Assembly (NCBI GenBank): GCA_964016885.1
Contig: OZ024743.1
Location: 186,062,001 to 186,126,000 of the forward strand
Length of the DNA stretch: 64,000 nucleotides
Direction: 5' to 3'
From: Eledone cirrhosa
Lineage: Eukaryota
A model generated the notes under the pieces. The model ran no database searches. It saw only the letters and a program-made list of their open reading frames with translations, and was not told the origin of the DNA. How positions within the stretch are numbered: position 1 is the first letter of the stretch; each line of letters opens with the position of its first letter. Below, one piece after another: positions 1-12,600 of the stretch. Made by a program: the position numbers and the translations under genes.

Positions 1-900
1 TACAACAGTCTTATCCCACTACATTACTATCCTACAACAGTCTTATCCCACTACATTACTATCCTACAACAGTCTTATCCCACTATATTACTATCCTACA
101 ACAGTCTTATCCCACTACATTACTATCCTACAACAGTCTTATCCCACTACATTACTATCCTACAACAGTCTTATCCCACTACATTACTATCCTACAACAG
201 TCTTATCCCACTACATTACTATCCTACAACAGTCTTATCCCACTACATTACTATTCTACAACAGTCTTATCCCACTACATTACTATCCTACAACAGTCTT
301 ATCCGACTACATTACTATTCTACTTAAGTCTTATCCCACTACATTACTATCCTACAACAGTCTTATCCCACTACATTACTATCCTACAACAGTCTTATCC
401 CACTACATTACTATCCTACAACAGTCTTATCCCACTACATTACTATCCTACAACAGTCTTATCCCACTACATTACTATCCTACAACAGTCTTATCCCACT
501 ACATTACTATTCTACAACAGTCTTATCCCACTACATTACTATCCTACAACAGTCTTATCCGACTACATTACTATTCTACTTAAGTCTTATCCCACTACAT
601 TACTATCCTACTTAAGTCTTATCCCACTACATTACTATCCTACAACAGTCTTATCCCACTACATTACTATCCTACAACAGTCTTATCCCACTACATTACT
701 ATCCTACAACAGTCTTATCCCACTACATTACTATCCTACAACAGTCTTATCCCACTACATTACTATTCTACAACAGTCTTATCCCACTACATTACTATCC
801 TACAACAGTCTTATCCCACTACATTACTATTCTACAACAGTCTTATCCCACTACATTACTATCCTACAACAGTCTTATCCCACTACATTACTATCCTACT
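1..900 (+). repeat. Homogeneous AAC-dominated sub-array with a 256-bp (8-monomer) local duplication
   Basis: TTA monomers occur only near 324, 580 and 612 before about 900. The variant 'atccgac' followed by a TTA monomer occurs at G305 and G561, 256 bp apart. Confidence 0.8.
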
Positions 901-1489
901 TAAGTCTTATCCCACTACATTACTATTCTACTTAAGTCTTATTCCACTACATTACTATCCTACAACAGTCTTATCCGACTACATTACTATCCTACTTAAG
1001 TCTTATCCCACTACATTACTATCCTACTTAAGTCTTATCCCACTACATTACTATCCTACTTAAGTCTTATCCCACTACATTACTATTCTACTTAAGTCTT
1101 ATCCCACTACATTACTATCCTACAACAGTCTTATCCCACTACATTACTATCCTACAACAGTCTTATCCCACTACATTACTATCCTACAACAGTCTTATCC
1201 CACTACATTACTATCCTACTTAAGTCTTATCACACTACATTACTATCCGACAACAGTCTTATCCCACTACATTACTATTCTACTTAAGTCTTATCCCACT
1301 ACATTACTATTCTACTTAAGTCTTATCCCACTACATTACTATTCTACTTAAGTCTTATCCCACTACATTACTATCCTACTTAAGTCTTATCCCACTACAT
1401 TACTATACTACAACAGTCTTATCCCACTACATTACTATCCTACAACAGTCTTATCCCACTACATTACTATTCTACTTAAGTCTTATCCC

Positions 1490-4400
1490 ACTACATTACT
1501 ATCCTACAACAGTCTTATCCCACTACATTACTATCCTACTTAAGTCTTATCCCACTACATTACTATTCTACTTAAGTCTTATCCCACTACATTACTATCC
1601 TACAACAGTCTTATCCCACTACATTACTATCCTACAACAGTCTTATCCCACTACATTACTATCCTACTTAAGTCTTATCCCACTACATTACTATCCTACT
1701 TAAGTCTTATCCCACTACATTACTATCCGACAACAGTCTTATCCCACTACATTACTATCCTACAACAGTCTTATCCCACTACATTACTATTCTACTTAAG
1801 TCTTATCCCACTACATTACTATCCTACAACAGTCTTATCCCACTACATTACTATCCTACAACAGTCTTATCCCACTACATTACTATTCTACTTAAGTCTT
1901 ATCCCACTACATTACTATCCTATAACAGTCTTATCCCACTACATTACTATCCTACAACAGTCTTATCCCACTACATTACTATCCTATAACAGTCTTATCC
2001 CACTACATTACTATCCTACAACAGTCTTATCCCACTACATTACTATCCTACAACAGTCTTATCCCACTACGTTACTATTCTACTTAAGTCTTATCCCACT
2101 ACATTACTATCCTACAACAGTCTTATCCCACTACATTACTATCCTACAACAGTCTTATCCCACTACATTACTATCCTACAACAGTCTTATCCCACTACAT
2201 TACTATTCTACTTAAGTCTTATCCCACTACATTACTATCCTACAACAGTCTTATCCCACTACATTACTATCCTACAACAGTCTTATCCCACAACATTACT
2301 ATTCTACTTAAGTCTTATCCCACTACATTACTATCCTACACCAGTCTTATCCCACTACATTACTATCCTACAACAGTCTTATCCCACTACATTACTATCC
2401 TACAACAGTCTTATCCCACTATATTACTATCCTACAACAGTCTTATCCCACTACATTACTATTCTACAACAGTCTTATCCCACTACATTACTATTCTACA
2501 ACAGTCTTATCCCACTACATTACTATCCTACAACAGTCTTATCCCACTACATTACTATCCTACAGCAGTCTTATCCCACTACATTACTATCCTACAACAG
2601 TCTTATCCCACTACATTACTATCCTACAACAGTCTTATCCCACTACATTACTATCCTACAACAGTCTTATCCCACTACATTACTATTCTACTTAAGTCTT
2701 ATCTCACTACATTACTATTCTACTTAAGTCTTATCCCACTACATTACTATCCTACAACAGTCTTATCCCACTACCTTACTATCCTACAATAGTCTTATCC
2801 CACTACATTACTATCCTACAACAGTCTTATCCCACTACATTACTATCCTACAACAGTCTTATCCCACTACATTACTATTCTACTTAAGTCTTTACCCACT
2901 ACATTACTATCCTACAACAGTCTTATCCCACTACATTACTATCCTACAACAGTCTTATCCCACTACATTACTATCCTACAACAGTCTTATCCCACTACAT
3001 TACTATTCTACTTAAGTCTTATCCCACTACATTACTATCCTACAACAGTCTTATCCCACTACATTACTATCCTACAACAGTCTTATCCACTACATTATTA
3101 TCCTACAACAGTCTTATCTACAACAGTCTATCCACTACATTACTATTCTACTTAAGTCTTATCCCACTACATTACTATCCTACAACAGTCTTATCCCACT
3201 ACATTACTATCCTACAACAGTCTTATCCCACTACATTACTATCCTACAACTGTCTTATCCCACTACATTACTATCCTACAACAGTCTTATCCACTACATT
3301 ACTATCCTACAACAGTCTTATCCCACTACATTACTATCCTACAACAGTCTTATCCCACTACATTACTATTCTACTTAAGTCTTATCCCACTACATTACTA
3401 TCCTACAACAGTCTTATCCCACTACATTACTATCCCACAACAGTCTTATCCCACTACATTACTATTCTACTTAAGTCTTATCCCACTACATTATTATCCT
3501 ACAACAGTCTTATCCCACTACATTACTATCCTACAACAGTCTTATCCCACTACATTACTATTCTACTTAAGTCTTATCCCACTACATTACTATCCTACAA
3601 CAGTCTTATCCCACTACATTACTATCCTACAACAGTCTTATCTTATCCCACTACATTACTATCCTACAACAGTCTTATCCCACTACATTATTATCCTACA
3701 ACAGTCTTATCCCACTACATTACTATTCTACTTATGTCTTATCCCACTCCATTACTATTCTACGTAAGTCTTATCCCACTACATTACTATCCTACTTAAG
3801 TCTTATTCCACTACATTACTATCCTACAACAGTCTTATCCCACTACATTACTATCCTACTTAAGTCTTATTCCACTACATTACTATCCTACAACAGTCTT
3901 ATCCCACTACATTACTATCCTACAACAGTCTTATCCCACTACATTACTATCCTACTTAAGTCTTATTCCACTACATTACTATCCTACAACAGTCTTATCC
4001 CACTACATTACTATCCTACAACAGTCTTATCCCACTACATTACTATTCTACTTAAGTCTTATCCCACTACATTACTGTCCTACAACAGTCTTATCCCACT
4101 GCATTACTATTCTACAACAGTCTTATCCCACTACATTACTATCCTACAACAGTCTTATCCCACTACATTACTATCCTACTTAAGTCTTATCCCACTACAT
4201 TACTATCCTACAACAGTCTTATCCCACTACATTACTATTCTACTTAAGTCTTATCCCACTACATTACTATTATCCTACAACAGTCTTATCCCACTACATT
4301 ACTATCCTACAACAGTCTTATCCCACTACATTACTATCCTACTTAAGTCTTATCCCACTACATTACTATTCTACTTAAGTCTTATCCCACTACATTACTA

Positions 4401-6670
4401 TCCTACAACAGTCTTATCCCACTACATTACTATCCTACAACAGTCTTATCCCACTACATTACTATCCTACTTAAGTCTTATCCCACTACATTACTATCCT
4501 ACTTAAGTCTTATCCCACTACATTACTATCCTACAACAGTCTTATCCCACTACATTACTATCCTACAACAGTCTTATCCCACTACATTACTATTCTACTT
4601 AAGTCTTATCCCACTACATTACTATCCTACAACAGTCTTATCCCACTACATTACTATCCTACAACAGTCTTATCCCACTACATTACTATTCTACTTAAGT
4701 CTTATCCCACTACATTACTATCCTATAACAGTCTTATCCCACATTACTATCCTACAACAGTCTTATCCCACTACATTACTATCCTATAACAGTCTTATCC
4801 CACTACATTACTATCCTACAACAGTCTTATCCCACTACATTACTATCCTACAACAGTCTTATCCCACTACGTTACTATTCTACTTAAGTCTTATCCCACT
4901 ACATTACTATCCTACAACAGTCTCATCCCACTACATTACTATCCTACAACAGTCTTATCCCACTACATTACTATCCTACAACAGTCTTATCCCACTACAT
5001 TACTATTCTACTTAAGTCTTATCCCACTACATTACTATCCTACAACAGTCTTATCCCACTACATTACTATCCTACAACAGTCTTATCCCACAACATTACT
5101 ATTCTACTTAAGTCTTATCCCACTACATTACTATCCTACACCAGTCTTATCCCACTACATTACTATCCTACAACAGTCTTATCCCACTACATTACTATCC
5201 TACAACAGTCTTATCCCACTATATTACTATCCTACAACAGTCTTATCCCACTACATTACTATTCTACAACAGTCTTATCCCACTACATTACTATTCTACA
5301 ACAGTCTTATCCCACTACATTACTATCCTACAACAGTCTTATCCCACTACATTACTATCCTACAGCAGTCTTATCCCACTACATTACTATCCTACAACAG
5401 TCTTATCCCACTACATTACTATCCTACAACAGTCTTATCCCACTACATTACTATCCTACAACAGTCTTATCCCACTACATTACTATTCTACTTAAGTCTT
5501 ATCTCACTACATTACTATTCTACTTAAGTCTTATCCCACTACATTACTATCCTACAACAGTCTTATCCCACTACCTTACTATCCTACAATAGTCTTATCC
5601 CACTACATTACTATCCTACAACAGTCTTATCCCACTACATTACTATCCTACAACAGTCTTATCCCACTACATTACTATTCTACTTAAGTCTTTACCCACT
5701 ACATTACTATCCTACAACAGTCTTATCCCACTACATTACTATCCTACAACAGTCTTATCCCACTACATTACTATCCTACAACAGTCTTATCCCACTACAT
5801 TACTATTCTACTTAAGTCTTATCCCACTACATTACTATCCTACAACAGTCTTATCCCACTACATTACTATCCTACAACAGTCTTATCCCACTACATTATT
5901 ATCCTACAACAGTCTTATCCTACAACAGTCTTATCCCACTACATTACTATTCTACTTAAGTCTTATCCCACTACATTACTATCCTACAACAGTCTTATCC
6001 CACTACATTACTATCCTACAACAGTCTTATCCCACTACATTACTATCCTACAACTGTCTTATCCCACTACATTACTATCCTACAACAGTCTTATTCCACT
6101 ACATTACTATCCTACAACAGTCTTATCCCACTACATTACTATCCTACAACAGTCTTATCCCACTACATTACTATTCTACTTAAGTCTTATCCCACTACAT
6201 TACTATCCTACAACAGTCTTATCCCACTACATTACTATCCCACAACAGTCTTATCCCACTACATTACTATTCTACTTAAGTCTTATCCCACTACATTATT
6301 ATCCTACAACAGTCTTATCCCACTACATTACTATCCTACAACAGTCTTATCCCACTACATTACTATTCTACTTAAGTCTTATCCCACTACATTACTATCC
6401 TACAACAGTCTTATCCCACTACATTACTATCCTACAACAGTCTTATCCCACTACATTACTATCCTACAACAGTCTTATCCCACTACATTATTATCCTACA
6501 ACAGTCTTATCCCACTACATTACTATTCTACTTATGTCTTATCCCACTCCATTACTATTCTACGTAAGTCTTATCCCACTACATTACTATCCTACTTAAG
6601 TCTTATTCCACTACATTACTATCCTACAACAGTCTTATCCCACTACATTACTATCCTACTTAAGTCTTAT
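1490..6670 (+). repeat. Left-domain higher-order duplication: ~1490-3870 repeated at ~4290-6670, offset 2,800 bp (87.5 monomers)
   Basis: Paired rare variants at offset 2,800: 'gttactattc' 2071/4871, 'caacattact' 2291/5091, 'ccagtc' 2341/5141, 'tacagcagtc' 2561/5361, 'tttaccc' 2891/5691, 'cttatgtc...cactcc...tacgtaag' 3731/6531. Confidence 0.93.
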
Positions 6671-9600
6671 CCCACTACATTACTATCCTACTTAAGTCTT
6701 ATCCCACTACATTACTATCCTACAACAGTCTTATCCCACTACATTACTATCCTACTTAAGTCTTATCCCACTACATTACTATCCTACAACAGTCTTATCC
6801 CACTACATTACTATTCTACTTAAGTCTTATCCCACTACATTACTATCCTACAACAGTCTTATCCCACTACATTACTATCCTACAACAGTCTTATCCCACT
6901 ACATTACTATCCTACAACAGTCTTATCCCACTACATTACTATCCTACCACAGTCTTATCCCACTACATTACTATTCTACAACAGTCTTATCCCACTACAT
7001 TACTATCCTACAACAGTCTTATTCCACTACATTACTATTCTACTTAAGTCTTATCCCACTACATTACTATCCTACAACAGTCTTATCCCACTACATTACT
7101 ATCCTACAACAGTCTTATCCCACTACATTACTATCCTACAACAGTCTTATCCCACTACGTTACTATCCTACAACAGTCTTATCCCACTACATTACTATCC
7201 TACTTAAGTCTTATTCCACTACATTACTATCCTAGAACAGTCTTATTCCACTACATTACTATCCTACAACAGTCTTATCCCACTACATTACTATCCTACA
7301 ACAGTCTTATCCCACTACGTTACTATCCTACAACAGTCTTATCCCACTACATTACTATCCTACTTAAGTCTTATCCCACTACATTACTATCCTACTTAAG
7401 TCTTATTCCTCTACATTACTATCCTACAACAGTCTTATCCCACTACCTTACTATCCTACAATAGTCTTATCCCACTACATTACTATCCTACAACAGTCTT
7501 ATCCCACTACATTACTATCCTACAATAGTCTTATCCCACTACATTACTATCCTACAACAGTCTTATCCCACTACATTACTATCCTACAACAGTCTTATCC
7601 CACTACATTACTATTCTACTTAAGTCTTTACCCACTACATTACTATCCTACAACAGTCTTATTCCACTACATTACTATCCTACAATAGTCTTATCCCACT
7701 ACATTACTATTCTACTTAAGTCTTATTCCACTACATTACTATTCTACTTAAGTCTTATCTCACTACATTACTATTCTACTTAAGTCTTATCCCACTACAT
7801 TACTATCCTACAACAGTCTTATCCCACTACCTTACTATCCTACAATAGTCTTATCCCACTACATTACTATCCTACAACAGTCTTATCCCACTACATTACT
7901 ATCCTACAACAGTCTTATCCCACTACATTACTATTCTACTTAAGTCTTTACCCACTACATTACTATCCTACAACAGTCTTATCCCACTACATTACTATCC
8001 TACAACAGTCTTATCCCACTACATTACTATCCTACAACAGTCTTATCCCACTACATTACTATTCTACAACAGTCTTATCCCACTACATTACTATCCTACA
8101 ACAGTCTTATTCCACTACATTACTATTCTACTTAAGTCTTATCCCACTACATTACTATCCTACAACAGTCTTATCCCACTACATTACTATCCTACAACAG
8201 TCTTATCCCACTACATTACTATCCTACAACTGTCTTATCCCACTACATTACTATCCTACAACAGTCTTATCCCACTACATTACTATCCTACTTAAGTCTT
8301 ATTCCACTACATTACTATCCTAGAACAGTCTTATTCCACTACATTACTATCCTAGAACAGTCTTATTCCACTACATTACTATCCTACAACAGTCTTATCC
8401 CACTACATTACTATCCTACTTAAGTCTTATTCCTCTATATTACTATCCTACAACAGTCTTATTCCACTACATTACTATCCTACAATAGTCTTATCCCACT
8501 ACATTACTATTCTACTTAAGTCTTATTCCACTACATTACTATTCTACTTAAGTCTTATCCCACTACATTACTATCCTACAACAGTCTTATCCCACTACAT
8601 TACTATTCTACTTAAGTCTTATCCCACTACATTACTATCCTACTTATGTCTTATCCCACTACATTACTATTCTACTTAAGTCTTATCTCACTACATTACT
8701 ATCCTACAACAGTCCTATCCCACTACATTACTATTCTGCTTAAGTCTTATCCCACTACATTACTATTCTACTTAAGTCTTATCCCACTACATTACTATCC
8801 TACAACAGTCTTATCCCACTACATTACTATTCTACTTAAGTCTTATCCCACTACATTACTATTCTACTTAAGTCTTATCCCACTACTTTACTATCCTACT
8901 TAAGTCTTATCCCACTACATTACTATCCTACAACAGTCTTATCCCACTACATTACTATCCTACAACAGTCTTATCCCACTACATTACTATTCTACTTAAG
9001 TCTTATTCCACTACATTACTATCCTACTTAAGTCTTATCCCACTACATTACTATCCTACTTAAGTCTTATCCCACTATATTACTATCCTACAACAGTCTT
9101 ATCCCACTACATTACTATCCTACTTAAGTCTTATCCCACTACATTACTATCCTACTTAAGTCTTATCCCACTACATTACTATCCTACAACAGTCTTATCC
9201 CACTACATTACTATCCTACAACAGTCTTATCCCACTACATTACTATTCTACTTAAGTCTTATCCTACTACATTACTATCCTACTTAAGTCATATCCCACT
9301 ACATTACTATCCTACTCAAGTCTTATCCCACTACATTACTATTCTACTTAAGTCTTATCCCACTACATTACTATCCTACTTAAGTCTTATCCCACTACAT
9401 TACTATCCTACAACAGTCTTATCCCACTACATTACTATCCTACTTAAGTCTTATCCCACTACATTACTATCCTACAACAGTCTTATTCCACTACATTACT
9501 ATCCTACTTAAGTCTTATCCTACTACATTACTATTCTACTTAAGTCTTATCCCACTACATTACTATCCTACAACAGTCTTATCCCACTACATTACTATCC

Positions 9601-12600
9601 TACTTAAGTCTTATCCCACTACATTACTATTTTACTTAAGTCTTATCCCACTACATTACTATTCTACTTAAGTCTTATTACACTACATTACTATCCTACT
9701 TAAGTCTTATCCCACTACATTACTATTCTACTTAAGTCTTATCCCACTACATTACTATTCTACTTAAGTCTTATTCCACTACATGACTATCCTACTTAAG
9801 TCTTATCCCACTACATTACTATTCTACTTAAGTCTTATCCCACTACATTACTATCCTACAACAGTCTTATCCCACTACATTACTATTTTACTTAAGTCTT
9901 ATCCCACTACATTACTATTCTTCTTAAGTCTTATCCCACTACATTACTATCCTACAACAGTCTTATCCCACTACATTACCATTCTACTTAAGTCTTATCC
10001 CACTACATTACTATCCTACTTAAGTCTTATACCACTACATTACTATCCTACAACAGTCTTATCCCACTACATTACTATCCTACAACAGTCTTATCCCACT
10101 ACATTACTATCCTACAACAGTCTTATCCCACTACATTACTATTCTACTTAAGTCTTATTCCACTACATTACTATCCTACAACAGTCTTATCCCACTACAT
10201 TACTATCCTACAACAGTATTATCCCACTACATTACTATCCTACAACAGTCTTATCCCACTACATTACTATTCTACAACAGTCTTATTCCACTACATTACT
10301 ATTCTACTTAAGTCTTATCCCACTACATTACTATCCTACAACAGTCTTATCCCACTACATTACTATCCTACAACAGTCTTATCCCACTACATTACTATCC
10401 TACAACAGTCTTATCCCACTACATTACCATTCTACTTAAGTCTTATCCCACTACATTACTATCCTACTTAAGTCTTATACCACTACATTACTATCCTACA
10501 ACAGTCTTATCCCACTACATTACTATCCTACAACAGTCTTATCCCACTACATTACTATCCTACAACAGTCTTATCCCACTACATTACTATCCTACAACAG
10601 TCTTATCCCACTACATTACTATTCTACAACAGTCTTATTCCACTACATTACTATTCTACTTAAGTCTTATTCCACTACATTACTATCCTACAACAGTCTT
10701 ATCCCACTACATTACTATCCTACAACAGTCTTATCCCACTACATTACTATCCTACAACAGTCTTATCCCACTACATTACTATTCTACTTAAGTCTTATCC
10801 CACTACATTACTATTCTACTTAAGTCTTATCCCACTACATTACTATCCCACTACCTAACTATTCTACTTAAGTCTTATCCCACTACATTACTATCCTACA
10901 ACAGTCTTATCCCACCACATTACTATTCTACTTAAGTCTTATCCCACTACATTACTATTCTACTTAAGTCTTATCCCACTACATTACTATCCTACAACAG
11001 TCTTATCCCACCACATTACTATTCTACTTAAGTCTTATCCCACTACATTACTATTCTACTTAAGTCTTATCCCACTACATTACTATCCCACTACATTACT
11101 ATTCTACTTAAGTCTTATCCCACTACTTTACTATTCTACTTAAGTCTTATCCCACTACATTACTATCCTACAACAGTCTTATCCCACTACATTACTATTC
11201 TACTTAAGTCTTATTCCACTACATTACTATTCTACTTAAGTCTTATCCCACTACATTACTATCCTACTTAAGTCTTATCCCACTACATTACTATCCTACA
11301 ACAGTCTTATCCCACTACATTACTATCCTACAACAGTCTTATCCCACTACATTACTATTCTACTTAAGTCTTATTCCACTACATTACTATTCTACTTAAG
11401 TCTTATCCCACTACATTACTATCCTACTTAAGTCTTATCCCACTACATTACTATTCTACTTAAGTCTTATCCCACTACATTACTATCCTACTTAAGTCTT
11501 ATCCCACTACATTACTATTCTACTTAAGTCTTATCCCACTACATTACTATCCTACAACAGTCTTATCCCACTACATTACTATTCTACTTAAGTCTTATCC
11601 CACTACATTAATGTCCTACAACAGTCTTATCCCACTGCATTACTATTCTACAACAGTCTTATCCCACTACATTACTATCCTACAACAGTCTTATCCCACT
11701 ACATTACTATCCTACTTAAGTCTTATCCCACTACATTACTATCCTACAACAGTCTTATCCCACTACATTACTATTCTACTTAAGTCTTATCCCACTACAT
11801 TACTATCCTACAACAGTCTTATCCCACTACATTACTATTCTACAACAGTCTTATCCCACTACATTACTATCCTACAACAGTCTTATCCCACTACATTACT
11901 ATCCTACAACAGTCTTATCCCACTACATTACTATCCTACCACAGTCTTATCCCACTACATTACTATTCTACAACAGTCTTATCCCACTACATTACTATCC
12001 TACAACAGTCTTATTCCACTACATTACTATTCTACTTAAGTCTTATCCCACTACATTACTATTCTACAACAGTCTTATCCCACTACATTACTATTCTACA
12101 ACAGTCTTATCCCACTACATTACTATCCTACAACAGTCTTATCCCACTACATTACTATCCTACAACAGTCTTATCCCACTACATTACTATCCTACCACAG
12201 TCTTATCCCACTACATTACTATTCTACAACAGTCTTATTCCACTACATTACTATCCTACAACAGTCTTATCCCACTACATTACTATCCTACAACAGTCTT
12301 ATCCCACTACATTACTATCCTACAACAGTCTTATCCCACTACATTACTATCCTACTTAAGTCTTATTCCACTACATTACTATCCTAGAACAGTCTTATTC
12401 CACTACATTACTATCCTACTTAAGTCTTATCCCACTACATTACTATCCTACTTAAGTCTTATTCCTCTATATTACTATCCTACAACAGTCTTATTCCACT
12501 ACATTACTATCCTACAATAGTCTTATCCCACTACATTACTATTCTACTTAAGTCTTATTCCACTACATTACTATTCTACTTAAGTCTTATCCCACTACAT

